Positions 10,601-21,119 of a stretch of DNA of 64,000 nt are shown piece after piece. The notes below the pieces were generated by a model. It was given only the letters and a program-made list of their open reading frames with translations. It did not search any database and was not told the DNA's origin. Origin of the DNA: Methylotenera sp. GTDB taxonomy: Bacteria > Pseudomonadota > Gammaproteobacteria > Burkholderiales > Methylophilaceae. The DNA is taken from assembly GCA_035460465.1 (NCBI GenBank), contig DATHWQ010000032.1, positions 33,427-97,426 on the forward strand, written 5' to 3'. Every line of letters starts with the position of its first letter. Position 1 is the first letter of the stretch. The position numbers were made by a program, and so were the translations under genes.

Positions 10601-11952
10601 TGCGTCTTTGCAGTTCTGCAACCCAAGATATTCCTCATCGTTTAGTTGCAATGGCAATCAGCGCCATGTTATTGACGCTGATTGCGTGTACCCAAGAAAC
10701 CAAGCACACGCCTATTCCCGGGGTAGGTATTGGACCAAATCCAGTTTTACCGCAACCCAAAAAGTCTTTCATGCCAGTACTGAACATCGCACCCGCAATA
10801 GGCTGGCCTGCCAATGCTAAGCCCATTGCTGCAACATATCTAACCGTGGCAGCATTCAAGCGAAAACTCAACCATCCGCGCTGGCTTTACGTACTTCCCA
10901 ATGGCGATGTACTTGTTGCAGAAACCAATGCGCCGCCAAGGCCGGATGACCGTAAGGGTGTAAAAGGCTGGGTGATGGGTTTAATGATGAAAAAAGCAGG
11001 CGCCACTGTACCGAGTGCTAATCGCATCACACTACTACGTGATACCGATAAAGACGGTATTGCCGATGTAAATTCAGTGCTATTGCAAAACCTCAACTCT
11101 CCGTTCGGTATGACGCTAGTTGGTAATGATTTGTACGTAGCCAACGCTGATGCTGTGGTGAAGTTTCCCTATGCTAGCGGTGATTTAAAAATTACTGCAC
11201 CAAGCGTTAAAGTCGTCGATTTACCCGGTGGGCCACTTAATCATCATTGGACGAAAAATATTATTGCTAATCCAGACGGCACCAAGTTATATGTGACGGT
11301 TGGCTCAAATAGTAACGTGGCTGAACGCGGCATGGCGGCAGAAGAAGGTCGCGCGGCGATTTGGGAAGTGGATATTAAAAGCGGCGCGCACCGTATATTC
11401 TCTTCCGGCTTACGTAACCCGAATGGTCTGGCTTGGGAGCCAGAAACCGGTTCTTTATGGACAGTAGTGAATGAACGTGATGAAATCGGTAATGACTTGG
11501 TACCCGATTATTTAACTTCAGTTCAAGATGGCGGCTTTTATGGTTGGCCATATAGTTATTATGGTCAAAATGTAGATGTTCGAGTACAACCGCCTAACCC
11601 AGAGTTGGTGGCTAAAGCGATATCGCCAGATTACGCATTAGGATCACATACAGCCTCGTTAGGATTAGCCTCATCTGCTAACGCCAATTTGCCAGCACCT
11701 TATACAAAAGGCATGTTTATCGGTCAGCATGGTTCGTGGAATCGCAAGCCGCATAGTGGCTACAAGGTGATTTTTATACCCTTTGCAAATGGTAAACCTG
11801 ACGGTATGCCAATTGATGTGCTTTCAGGGTTTCTTAGCCCAGAAAGTAAGGCTTACGGCCGGCCGGTAGGCGTAGCACTTGATAAGCAGGGTGCATTGTT
11901 AGTAGCAGATGATGTAGGCAATGTAATCTGGCGTGTCACCGCGAATAAGTAA
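10600..11952 (+). CDS. Glucose/L-sorbosone dehydrogenase family (PQQ-dependent beta-propeller) lipoprotein
   Basis: [35 protein letters not shown] and GRPVGV motifs. Confidence 0.9.
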   Translation: MRLCSSATQDIPHRLVAMAISAMLLTLIACTQETKHTPIPGVGIGPNPVLPQPKKSFMPVLNIAPAIGWPANAKPIAATYLTVAAFKRKLNHPRWLYVLPNGDVLVAETNAPPRPDDRKGVKGWVMGLMMKKAGATVPSANRITLLRDTDKDGIADVNSVLLQNLNSPFGMTLVGNDLYVANADAVVKFPYASGDLKITAPSVKVVDLPGGPLNHHWTKNIIANPDGTKLYVTVGSNSNVAERGMAAEEGRAAIWEVDIKSGAHRIFSSGLRNPNGLAWEPETGSLWTVVNERDEIGNDLVPDYLTSVQDGGFYGWPYSYYGQNVDVRVQPPNPELVAKAISPDYALGSHTASLGLASSANANLPAPYTKGMFIGQHGSWNRKPHSGYKVIFIPFANGKPDGMPIDVLSGFLSPESKAYGRPVGVALDKQGALLVADDVGNVIWRVTANK

Positions 11953-12070
11953 TATCTAACACAACACTACGTGAGAAAAACATACAGCCAATAAAATAAA
12001 CTAGGTACAAAGGCTTGTAGCTGCGTTATTCTGCAGCTATCATGCGCGTAAGTTGTGACGGGGAGTTGTT

Positions 12071-12418
12071 ATGGATATTCATACTGGTGAAATTTACGGT
12101 AAACAAACCGCTAGCAAATTCGTGATGTACAACGTACTTAAAGTCAGCAAAGCGACTAAAACCAGCAACGAAATAGTCACACTGCAAAATATCGACAATC
12201 CACTCAGCCTGTTCGAGACAACCGCTCAAAAACTGGCTGCTTCAGGCTACATACGTATCAGCCAAACACCTTACATCGATTTAGAAGCTGCCACACCCAA
12301 ACGCCGCAAAGCCGCTAAAAAACCTACACGCTGCCCACTAACTTTTGATTTTTTAGAAGACCGTGCAGATAGCGAAAGACCCGCGCCGATTATTCCAGAC
12401 CTATTTAGTCCTGCCTAG
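12071..12418 (+). CDS. Hypothetical protein
   Basis: 115-aa ORF with GGGAG RBS and host-like codon usage; no family recognised. Confidence 0.65.
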   Translation: MDIHTGEIYGKQTASKFVMYNVLKVSKATKTSNEIVTLQNIDNPLSLFETTAQKLAASGYIRISQTPYIDLEAATPKRRKAAKKPTRCPLTFDFLEDRADSERPAPIIPDLFSPA

Positions 12419-12426
12419 GTTAGATA

Positions 12427-13248
12427 TCACTTCCACGGACAAGCCTCGGATTTGACGAAGTCTGGATCAGCTGGGCCCAACACTACGAGGTACTCTGGGG
12501 CGCTGAACTGAGCAAACAAACGAAGAATGACGTGAATTTCTGACCCATTGGCGCGAACTTGCATCGAGTGAAGCCCCTTCGTTTCATTCATGGGTTCACC
12601 AGTCCATGACCCAACCCAGCGCCCAATACACGGATCTTCGCCAAGGATGACGCGGCGAATCGGCGTATTCGTGAACGGCGCAATGCCAAGTACGTAGATA
12701 GCAGCGCTGAATGCGATCTTTGCTAAAGTTCGGGCAAATTGCTCGGGTGAGAAAGTCAATCGTGCACCGACGAAGTCAACGCCATGGATAAGGCTGACTT
12801 CCTCGAATGACGGTCCAGCGATGTGAGTGAAATTTAGTTGGTTGGATAATCTTAGATCCAACGGCATCCCAGTTAGAATACTTGGCAGTGGAAATACAGG
12901 TGTCGGCAGGTACAACGGAAACTCGGTAGGCGAGACATGAATTGTTCTCTGAAATCCATCTGACTCTAGCACCAAAGGGATGCTCAACGACCTTTTCTCG
13001 GGTCGCCGAGTCTGCATCGAAAGAACTGCGCGAATTACTGGCAGGAGACCTTGAAGAGTGTCCCGCTCGAAACGATGTGTGATATCAGCGCATTGAGAGC
13101 AACTCGCTCGCAACAATGTCCACGGCCCATTTAATCCGTACGGGATAGCGTGCTCTTTTCCAAGATCGTTACCAACGGAACCGCAGTAGATACACTCACC
13201 TATGTCACGTGCGTTGCTTGGTATTGGGAGAGATGTCACAGCTTCCAT
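12427..13248 (-). CDS. HNH endonuclease-like protein (HNH_5 type), probable gene cassette
   Basis: CIYC...EHAIPYGLNG...CSQC zinc/HNH pattern; visibly more GC-rich than its flanks; bracketed by GTTAAGT and ATCTAAC. Confidence 0.75.
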   Translation of the reverse strand: MEAVTSLPIPSNARDIGECIYCGSVGNDLGKEHAIPYGLNGPWTLLRASCSQCADITHRFERDTLQGLLPVIRAVLSMQTRRPEKRSLSIPLVLESDGFQRTIHVSPTEFPLYLPTPVFPLPSILTGMPLDLRLSNQLNFTHIAGPSFEEVSLIHGVDFVGARLTFSPEQFARTLAKIAFSAAIYVLGIAPFTNTPIRRVILGEDPCIGRWVGSWTGEPMNETKGLHSMQVRANGSEIHVILRLFAQFSAPEYLVVLGPADPDFVKSEACPWK

Positions 13249-13317
13249 TTCTGTTACTTAACGTGAATACACCCTCATTGATGCAATTAATTACATCAAC
13301 TCTCTCAAAACCATCAC

Positions 13318-14655
13318 TTAATCCCTTGGTGGCCCACCCCATAAGTCATGACCATCTGCGCTGTAAATCTCAACCTCTACAAAATCGCCGGGTGTTAAAC
13401 CTTCTGCATCTTCAAGATACACTACACCATCAATTTCCGGCGCATCTGCTTTAGTACGGCCAATTGCTTGGAAACTACCGTCTTCCAGCTCGTTAATCTC
13501 ATCAACTAACACGGTTTGCATGCTACCGATCTTAGTCTGTAGCTTTACTGCACTGATGCGCTCTTGCACTTCCATAAACCTTGCGAGACGCTCTTGCTTA
13601 ACTTCTTCTGGCACTTGGTCTGGTAGTTCGTTGGCTTTTGCACCATCTACTGCGGAGTAAGCAAAGCAACCTACTCTATCCAACTGCGCTTCCTCCAAGA
13701 AGTCGAGCAGCATTTTGAAGTCGTCTTCCGTCTCACCCGGGAAGCCTGCGATAAAGGTACTTCTAACCGTAATATCTGGACAGATTTCGCGCCATGCTTT
13801 AATGCGTGCCAAGTTATTTTCTGCGTGTGCTGGGCGTTTCATGGCTTTCAGAATACGCGGGCTAGCATGCTGAAACGGTACATCCAAATACGGTAGAATC
13901 AAACCATCAGCCATCAATGGCACCACGTCATCTACGTGTGGATAAGGGTACACATAATGCAAACGCACCCATACGCCTAACTCACTTAGCGCTTTACTCA
14001 AATTCGTCATATGCGTTTTGACTGGGCGACCATTCCAGAAACCTGGGCGGAATTTCATATCAACGCCGTAGGCCGAGGTGTCTTGTGAGATGACTAAAAT
14101 CTCTGAAACCCCCGCATTTACTAGATTCTCTGCTTCATTCATCACTTCGCCGATTGGGCGACTCACTAAATCACCACGCATGCTTGGAATGATGCAGAAG
14201 CTGCAACGATGGTTACAACCTTCTGAAATCTTAAGGTAAGCATAATGACTAGGTGTTAAACGTACGCCTTGTGGTGGCACTAAGTCAGTGTAAGGGTCAT
14301 GCAGTTTTGGCAGGTTGGCGTGCACGTGCGTCATCACTTCTTCCAGCGCATGTGGGCCGGTGACAGCCAATACACTTGGGTGCGCGGCTTCTACCACGCC
14401 AGCTTTGGCACCTAAACAGCCAGTGACAATCACTTTTCCGTTTTTATTGATGGCTTCACCAATTGCATCCAGCGATTCCTGTACTGCAGAATCAATAAAG
14501 CCGCAGGTATTGACGACAACCAAATCAGAGTCTTCATAGCTACCTGATATTTCATAGCCTTCTGCACGCAATTGGGTGAGAATACGCTCTGCGTCTGAAC
14601 CTGCTTTAGGGCAACCTAGGGATACGAAACCAACTTTTGGATTTGCTAAACTCAT
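13318..14655 (-). CDS. rimO: Ribosomal protein S12 methylthiotransferase RimO
   Basis: VSLGCPK, NTCGFI, radical [12 protein letters not shown]-terminal TRAM domain (DAPEIDG). Confidence 0.97.
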   Translation of the reverse strand: MSLANPKVGFVSLGCPKAGSDAERILTQLRAEGYEISGSYEDSDLVVVNTCGFIDSAVQESLDAIGEAINKNGKVIVTGCLGAKAGVVEAAHPSVLAVTGPHALEEVMTHVHANLPKLHDPYTDLVPPQGVRLTPSHYAYLKISEGCNHRCSFCIIPSMRGDLVSRPIGEVMNEAENLVNAGVSEILVISQDTSAYGVDMKFRPGFWNGRPVKTHMTNLSKALSELGVWVRLHYVYPYPHVDDVVPLMADGLILPYLDVPFQHASPRILKAMKRPAHAENNLARIKAWREICPDITVRSTFIAGFPGETEDDFKMLLDFLEEAQLDRVGCFAYSAVDGAKANELPDQVPEEVKQERLARFMEVQERISAVKLQTKIGSMQTVLVDEINELEDGSFQAIGRTKADAPEIDGVVYLEDAEGLTPGDFVEVEIYSADGHDLWGGPPRD

Positions 14656-14696
14656 TAATCAAACTCACATGTTTACTTTAAAATTAAGGGTGAAAC

Positions 14697-14817
14697 TAAA
14701 AATTAAAATGTCTAGGCTAGACAAGGCTCGCGAAAAATTTGATTGCGACGCATATGTTTTATATGTGAGCGATTAAATTTTCTAAGTACGCCGTATAGCG
14801 ACGAAATTTTAATTTTA
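14697..14817. repeat. Intergenic palindromic element (family shared with 50209-50291)
   Basis: Nested inverted repeats AAAATTAAAAT/ATTTTAATTTT, GAAAAATTTGATTGC/GCGATTAAATTTTC and CGCATAT/ATATGTG; internal ACAAGGC...ACGCCGT core. Confidence 0.6.
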
Positions 14818-14826
14818 AGAATCTAT

Positions 14827-15066
14827 ATGTACATTATTGCAATTGCTTGGTTGTATGTCACCGTCCTGATGGCAGCCACCGAAAAGACCGTCACTGCTGG
14901 CATACTCACCTTTGTATTCTATGGCTTGTTGCCTTGCGCTTTATTGTTATGGATTCTTGGGGTAAATCACCGTCGTCGTAAAAAGTACCTCAAAGAACTA
15001 GGCAACGATCTAGGCAATGACGACGTGCGCGATCCAGATAGTACCCACGCCGAAACCGATGAGTAG
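14827..15066 (+). CDS. Small conserved membrane protein
   Basis: MYIIAIAWLYVTVLMAATE, two TM segments followed by a basic stretch; start taken at ATG 14827. Confidence 0.7.
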   Translation: MYIIAIAWLYVTVLMAATEKTVTAGILTFVFYGLLPCALLLWILGVNHRRRKKYLKELGNDLGNDDVRDPDSTHAETDE

Positions 15067-15918
15067 CACTTGGCTAATCGTTGCTTTTAATTCAGTACGT
15101 TTATGTAAACCCGGTATCAAATCTGCCACTGCCACATAAAGCAAACTAGAAGCCGCTAAACCTAAAATAATCGGTATCCAGCTTTGTACAAACTGCAAAG
15201 CGAAATAAGCAATTAAACCGCCTACTAAAGTCGCCAAGCTCGAAACCAGATTGAATATCAATGCTTGTTTCTTGCTATAACCTGAATGCAACAGAATCAA
15301 GAAATCACCGACTTCTTGTGGAATCTCATGCGCAATAATCGCTAAAGCTGTGACCATGCCTAGTTTTACATCCACCATAAAAGCGGCAGCAATCAAAATG
15401 CCGTCGATAAAATTATGGAAAGTATCACCTATCATAATCATGAGGCCACTACGCCCACTATCGTGGTGGTGAGCATGTGAATGACTATGCGCATGTAATA
15501 TTGAAGGCGCTACCGCAGCCACTGCTTTATATTTGGTTTCTACAGGAGTAGCATCAGGATGCGTCTCCGGGCAATCCTCTTCGGTATGGAGCGCATGCAC
15601 TTCACAGTGGTCACCATGACAGTGTCGCCAAATCACTAACTTTTCTAATACAAAGAACAAAAACAAACCTAACAGCACCGTAATGGAAACGCTCTCCACA
15701 CTGCTCGCCACTTGGAATGCATGTGGCAGTATCTCCAAGAATACTGCACCCAACATCGCGCCAATGGCATAGCTGACCAGCATAGGTACCCAAGTTGTAC
15801 GCAAATTCAATGCAAACAACGCTGCTAATGATACGCTCAACACGCCCCCAAACAGACTCACCATCACAATCCAAGTGAGGGTGGAAATTTGCGCTGTAGC
15901 GATTGAGAAATTCAACAT
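15010..15918 (-). CDS. ZIP family metal (zinc) transporter
   Basis: HNFIDG and HEIPQE motifs; His-rich loop HAHSHSHAHHH. Confidence 0.92.
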   Translation of the reverse strand: MLNFSIATAQISTLTWIVMVSLFGGVLSVSLAALFALNLRTTWVPMLVSYAIGAMLGAVFLEILPHAFQVASSVESVSITVLLGLFLFFVLEKLVIWRHCHGDHCEVHALHTEEDCPETHPDATPVETKYKAVAAVAPSILHAHSHSHAHHHDSGRSGLMIMIGDTFHNFIDGILIAAAFMVDVKLGMVTALAIIAHEIPQEVGDFLILLHSGYSKKQALIFNLVSSLATLVGGLIAYFALQFVQSWIPIILGLAASSLLYVAVADLIPGLHKRTELKATISQVLLIGFGVGTIWIAHVVIA

Positions 15919-16042
15919 AGGTCTTTCAAGTATTGCATCAATGAGACTAAACTAATTCAAACAAAGTGAGCATTATAAACGAGCAATCAGATTGTCGTGC
16001 TTTATGACTTGTTAAAAGCTCAACCAACTCAATATAAACACC

Positions 16043-16834
16043 ATGAATCATCAAAAAGAAGTGCTCACAAACCGCATGCCAGCCATATTTATTGGGCATG
16101 GCAATCCTATGAATGCAATTACGGATAATCCGTACAAAGATGTATGGGTAGCGCTGGGTAAAACATTACCGCGACCAAATGCAATCTTATGTATTTCCGC
16201 ACACTGGCAAACACATGGCACACAAGTATGCGTGGCAGAAAAACCAAGAACAATTCACGACTTTGGCGGTTTCCCGGCAGAGTTATTCGCACAGCAATAC
16301 CCTGCTCCTGGCGCCCCTGATTATGCTGAAATGACCCGCGACTTATTGCCAGCTGGAACGATTACTGCTACTGATAATTGGGGGTTAGATCATGGCGCTT
16401 GGAGCGTTTTGCAATCGCTGTTCCCCACCGCTGATGTGCCAGTATTTCAATTAAGCCTAGATATTAATCTAGACTTTGCAGCGCATCATGCACTTGCCCG
16501 ACAACTTGCGAGCTTACGTGAGCACGGGGTCATGGTGATTGGCAGCGGTAATATCGTGCATAACCTGCGCCTACTGAATCCACAAGGTGAAACGCCTCAA
16601 TGGACAATTGACTTTGATAACTACATTAAAACAGCACTGGAAACTGGTGATGACGATGCATTGATTCATATTGAACGTACCGGTGAATCAGCAAAACTCG
16701 CTGTACCTTCAGATGAACATTACCTGCCTTTGCTGTACGTTACAGCAATGCGACATACAACTGACAATATGCGCTTTTTGACAGAAGACTTTGACTTAGG
16801 CTCAATCAGTATGCGTAGTGTGATTTATCAGTAA
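16043..16834 (+). CDS. ygiD: 4,5-DOPA dioxygenase extradiol (LigB family)
   Basis: MPAIFIGHGNPMN, ISAHW, GLDHGAW, SGNIVHNL and EHYLPLLY motifs. Confidence 0.9.
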   Translation: MNHQKEVLTNRMPAIFIGHGNPMNAITDNPYKDVWVALGKTLPRPNAILCISAHWQTHGTQVCVAEKPRTIHDFGGFPAELFAQQYPAPGAPDYAEMTRDLLPAGTITATDNWGLDHGAWSVLQSLFPTADVPVFQLSLDINLDFAAHHALARQLASLREHGVMVIGSGNIVHNLRLLNPQGETPQWTIDFDNYIKTALETGDDDALIHIERTGESAKLAVPSDEHYLPLLYVTAMRHTTDNMRFLTEDFDLGSISMRSVIYQ

Positions 16835-16835
16835 A

Positions 16836-17582
16836 CTACTTAGGCTCCAGCCAGATCATACTCGCCATGCGCCCGGTGACATTGTCACGCCTAAACGAGA
16901 AGAGTCGTGCTTCATCCGTATAGGTACAAAAATCTTCGTTCACACTACCACCATAAATTTGTGTCACACCCAATTGATGCAATCGCTGCTTTGCAATCAA
17001 ATACATATCGCATAACCATTTATCACCGTGAGGTTTAAAGCCTGCTTCAGCTTGCGTATCTTTCTGCATAAACTGTTCGCGCACATCATCACCCACTTCA
17101 AATGCATTGGGACCAATCGCGGGGCCCAGCCAAGCTAAAATCTCGCTGGCAGGTACAGCCATTTTTTTGACGGCTGCTTCAATCGCACCATCACATAAAC
17201 CACGCCAGCCCGCATGCACAGCTGCCACAACCGTACCGGCAGCATCACATAACAACACTGGCATGCAATCTGCGGTCATAGTCACGCACACAACATTTAA
17301 TTTTGTCGTAAACGAAGCATCCGCTTCTTGTACACAATCGCTCGTTGCCGCATCAATCACTTCTGTACCATGCACTTGGTGAATCCACACTGGCTCACTA
17401 GGCAAATAAGGGCTTAATAATTGGCGATTTGCTGCAACCGCAATCGGGTCGTCATTTACGCGTGTCCCTAAATTCAGGCTTGCGTAAGGTACTTGGCTAA
17501 CGCCGCCAACACGCGTAGTCTGCAATGCCTTCACATTGGCTGGTGCAGGCCAATTAGGTGTAATGAATTTTAGACTCGCCAT
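16836..17582 (-). CDS. pgeF: Peptidoglycan editing factor / purine nucleoside phosphorylase YfiH
   Basis: QVHGT, TADCMPV and HAGWRG motifs; downstream of rluD. Confidence 0.93.
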   Translation of the reverse strand: MASLKFITPNWPAPANVKALQTTRVGGVSQVPYASLNLGTRVNDDPIAVAANRQLLSPYLPSEPVWIHQVHGTEVIDAATSDCVQEADASFTTKLNVVCVTMTADCMPVLLCDAAGTVVAAVHAGWRGLCDGAIEAAVKKMAVPASEILAWLGPAIGPNAFEVGDDVREQFMQKDTQAEAGFKPHGDKWLCDMYLIAKQRLHQLGVTQIYGGSVNEDFCTYTDEARLFSFRRDNVTGRMASMIWLEPK

Positions 17583-17590
17583 GACACACC

Positions 17591-18721
17591 CTACTCTTCT
17601 AACTCTAAATCATCATCGTCGTCAAACTCACCATCATCCTCTAGATCGTCCTCGTAATCTTCATCAGAGAGATATGGCTCCATACTTAGTTCAAAGTCTT
17701 CGTCATCATCACGCACATCTTCATGGCGCATCGCTTCCAGCAAGGCTTTCATGTCATCTGCTAGCTCGATTTGCCATTCCATGAACTCATCGGTTTCCGG
17801 ATGCAGCAAACCTAGCTTAATCGCATGCAAGGCTTGTCTATGGAATTGGCTCACTTCGTCGCGCAAAGTTTGTGTCATCGCACGAATCGGCACAATACCG
17901 CGGAACCCATACACCGGATCACCCACAATAGGCGCTTTTAAGAATTGCATATGCACACGAATCTGATGTGTACGTCCGGTTTCTAAGTTGCAACGCATAT
18001 AGGTTTGCACTGAAAAGCGTTCAAGTACTTCATAGCGTGTAATCGCGGGCTTACCCATGCGATTAACGGCCATTTTGGTACGAGACCTTGGATCACGACC
18101 TATCGGCTGATCAATCACGCCGTTACGCCAAATCTGTCCCCAAACAATTGCGCGATACTCTCTTTTCACGGTACGTGCTTGCAGTTGGCGCACCAGATTA
18201 GTTTGCGCGGCCAGTGTTTTTGCAACGACCAGCAAACCGCTGGTCTCTTTGTCTAAGCGATGCACGATGCCAGCACGTGGCACATCTTTTAATTGTGGCG
18301 AATGAAACAACAAAGCATTCAGGAGCGTACCTTCCCAATTACCAGCCGCTGGATGCACTACCATGCCGGCTGGTTTGTTAATCACTAGAATATGATCATC
18401 TTCAAATACGATATCAAGCGGTATGTCCTGCGCAGTAAACGCATAAGTCTCAGGTTTAGCCTGAACCTGCACAACAACCTGCTCGCCTCCCCATACTTTG
18501 GTTTTGGAGGTACTTGGTTTTGAGTCAACCGTTATTAGCCCCTCCTTTATCCAAGCTTGTAAACGTGAGCGGGAATGGTCTGGTAATAGACGTTGCAGTG
18601 CAACATCCAGGCGTAAACCGCCTAAATCATGTGGAATAGCGAGCGTAATAGTGTTTCCCTGATTAAGTTTACTATCAGGTGTAAGTGTATTGCCAAGAGA
18701 TGGTTCAGTAGCGTCAGTCAT
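17591..18721 (-). CDS. rluD: 23S rRNA pseudouridine(1911/1915/1917) synthase
   Basis: GIVHRLDKETSG and LETGRTHQIRVH motifs; S4 domain; divergent from bamD. Confidence 0.95.
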   Translation of the reverse strand: MTDATEPSLGNTLTPDSKLNQGNTITLAIPHDLGGLRLDVALQRLLPDHSRSRLQAWIKEGLITVDSKPSTSKTKVWGGEQVVVQVQAKPETYAFTAQDIPLDIVFEDDHILVINKPAGMVVHPAAGNWEGTLLNALLFHSPQLKDVPRAGIVHRLDKETSGLLVVAKTLAAQTNLVRQLQARTVKREYRAIVWGQIWRNGVIDQPIGRDPRSRTKMAVNRMGKPAITRYEVLERFSVQTYMRCNLETGRTHQIRVHMQFLKAPIVGDPVYGFRGIVPIRAMTQTLRDEVSQFHRQALHAIKLGLLHPETDEFMEWQIELADDMKALLEAMRHEDVRDDDEDFELSMEPYLSDEDYEDDLEDDGEFDDDDDLELEE

Positions 18722-18759
18722 CGGTTATAATAATTGCTAATTCTTTAGTGGGTTTTGGC

Positions 18760-19563
18760 ATGAAGTATATCTTAATTTTAATGTTTGCCTTGTTACTCAA
18801 TGGTTGCGCTATTTTTGGTGCGCCAACAGAGCTTGATGACACCAAAGGTTGGTCTGCAGAGCGTATCTATCAAGAAGGTGAAACCAAGATGCGCGACAGA
18901 GATTATGAAAAAGCCATAGGCTATTTTCAAAAACTGGAATCACGTTATCCGCATGGCCGTTATGCCACTCAAGCACAACTCGAAACTGCCTACGCCTATT
19001 ACAAGAAACAAGAACCTATTTTGGCAGTTGCAGCGGCTGATCGTTTCATTAAGTTGCATCCTAACCACCCAAATGTTGACTACGCCTACTATTTAAAAGG
19101 CTTAGCGGTTTTCAATGAACGCGGCATTATAGAGAAACTCAGCAAACAACAAGTCAGTGATCGTGACCCTCGCTCACTACGCGATTCTTTTGCTACATTC
19201 AAAGAACTCGTCACACGCTATCCGAATAGCCGCTACGCAAAAGATTCGACTCAACGCATGATCTATTTGTCTAACAGTTTGGCTGAGCACGAGCTACACG
19301 TGGCTAGGTATTACATGAAACGTCAGGCCTATATTGCAGCTGTGAATCGTACCAAATACGTGATCGAGTATTATCCGCAATCACCTAGTGTTGAAGAAGC
19401 ATTGGTCATTATGATTAGTGCTTACGACTTATTGGCTCTAGAAGATCTTAAAACCGACACTCTACGTATCTTAAAGACCAACTATCCTGATAGCGCCATG
19501 CTGGGCAAAAGTGCGCCTACCGATGAGCGTATCTGGTGGAAGTTCTGGGAAAGTTTGTACTAG
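18760..19563 (+). CDS. bamD: Outer membrane protein assembly factor BamD
   Basis: Lipobox LNGC; RFIKLHPNHPNVDYAYYLKG; conserved rluD/bamD synteny. Confidence 0.95.
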   Translation: MKYILILMFALLLNGCAIFGAPTELDDTKGWSAERIYQEGETKMRDRDYEKAIGYFQKLESRYPHGRYATQAQLETAYAYYKKQEPILAVAAADRFIKLHPNHPNVDYAYYLKGLAVFNERGIIEKLSKQQVSDRDPRSLRDSFATFKELVTRYPNSRYAKDSTQRMIYLSNSLAEHELHVARYYMKRQAYIAAVNRTKYVIEYYPQSPSVEEALVIMISAYDLLALEDLKTDTLRILKTNYPDSAMLGKSAPTDERIWWKFWESLY

Positions 19564-19572
19564 GGATTTGGG

Positions 19573-19612
19573 ATTAGCGCGCTTAATCAACATAAGGCGC
19601 GCTAATTTTTTA
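19573..19612 (+). terminator. Rho-independent terminator between bamD and der
   Basis: ATTAGCGCGC...GCGCGCTAAT stem followed by a T-tract. Confidence 0.7.
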
Positions 19613-19647
19613 ACATATATGTAGCAAAAACCAGTGCTTTCAAAAAC

Positions 19648-21102
19648 TTAATGCTTTTTAGCGCGCCGACCTTTATCTTCAACTTCTTTTTTAGCTTTTA
19701 ATTCAGCACGGTGCGCAGTTTTACGACGGCGCATACTTACAATGCCTTCGCCCGGTTTACGTTTGTCTTCATCTTCAGCAAACGGGTTAGCACCTTGCTT
19801 ATATTGCACACGCAATGGTGTACCTGACAACTGGAAAGTTCTGCGGAAGGTCTTTTCTAAGAAGCGCGTATAAGCATCCTTAACGCCATCCACATGGTTA
19901 CCGTGAATCACTACAATCGGGGGATTGCTACCGCCCTGATGTGCATAACGCAATTTAGGGCGTATGCCTTTGCTAATCGGCGGTTGGTGTTGCTGCAATG
20001 CATCAATCAGTACACGAGTAAGCTGTGGTGTAGAAAGTTTGGCAAACGCTGCCTTGTAAGCGACATCTACAGAACCAAATAACTCGGGCAAGCCTTTTTT
20101 ACGCAACGCCGAGATGTAATGGAATTCAGCAAAGTCCAAGAACATCAATTTACGATCAATCTCGCGTTTGATCCAATCGCGCTCTTCTTCTTTCAAACCA
20201 TCCCATTTGTTAATCGCTACGACTAATGCACGTCCCGCATCCAATATATATGCGGCTACGTGAGCATCTTGCTCGGTAATACCTTCTTGAGCATCGACCA
20301 CCAGAATCACCACATTCGCCTCTTCAATGGCTTGAATGGTCTTGATGACGGAGAATTTTTCAATCGCCTCTAGAACGCGGCCACGTTTACGCACACCTGC
20401 GGTGTCTATCAGTGTATATTTCTTGCCGTTCTTTTCCAGGTCAATATGAATCGAGTCACGTGTAGTACCTGGTTCATCAAAGGCAATGACGCGATCTTCA
20501 CCCAATAACGCATTTACTAGTGTTGACTTACCTACATTCGGACGACCAACAATAGCTACTTTAGGAATTCTGTCACCGCTATAGTCAGTGATCTCTTCTT
20601 CCTCAACCACCTGGAAGTTCTCAAGTGCCAAATCGACGATGTCGCGCACACCTTCGCCGTGAGCTGATGAAATTGACAACGGGTCACCTAAGCCTAATTC
20701 ATGGAAGTCCGCACTGACTACCGCTTTTTGCATGCCTTCGGTTTTATTCACCGCAAGCAATACAGGACATTGGCTCTTGCGTAAACGGTTTGCAATTTCC
20801 ATATCTTGTGGCGTCACGCCTTGGCGCCCATCTACCAAGAAAATAATGACATCTGCCTCATCAATCGCCAGCAAGGTTTGTTTTGCCATCGCTTTAAGAA
20901 TACCGCTATCAGTATTTGGCTCAAAACCACCGGTATCCACTACCAAATAAGGTTGACTCGCACCAACGCCGCGGCCGTAATGACGGTCGCGTGTTAAGCC
21001 AGGCAAGTCTGCAACCAGCGCATCACGACTTTTGGTGAGGCGGTTAAATAAGGTGGATTTGCCGACATTAGGCCGGCCAACCAAAACAATGGTAGGTATC
21101 AT
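19648..21102 (-). CDS. der: Ribosome biogenesis GTPase Der
   Basis: Two GRPNVGKS P-loops, DTGG/DTAG motifs and a KH-like C-terminus. Confidence 0.98.
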   Translation of the reverse strand: MIPTIVLVGRPNVGKSTLFNRLTKSRDALVADLPGLTRDRHYGRGVGASQPYLVVDTGGFEPNTDSGILKAMAKQTLLAIDEADVIIFLVDGRQGVTPQDMEIANRLRKSQCPVLLAVNKTEGMQKAVVSADFHELGLGDPLSISSAHGEGVRDIVDLALENFQVVEEEEITDYSGDRIPKVAIVGRPNVGKSTLVNALLGEDRVIAFDEPGTTRDSIHIDLEKNGKKYTLIDTAGVRKRGRVLEAIEKFSVIKTIQAIEEANVVILVVDAQEGITEQDAHVAAYILDAGRALVVAINKWDGLKEEERDWIKREIDRKLMFLDFAEFHYISALRKKGLPELFGSVDVAYKAAFAKLSTPQLTRVLIDALQQHQPPISKGIRPKLRYAHQGGSNPPIVVIHGNHVDGVKDAYTRFLEKTFRRTFQLSGTPLRVQYKQGANPFAEDEDKRKPGEGIVSMRRRKTAHRAELKAKKEVEDKGRRAKKH

Positions 21103-21119
21103 ACGAACTCTCTAAACAA

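Noticed and set aside
11950-11975. ATCTAAC right after the sorbosone dehydrogenase stop (possible attC inverse core)
   Set aside because: No downstream palindrome or GTTRRRY partner, and the gene is coupled within an operon; likely chance.
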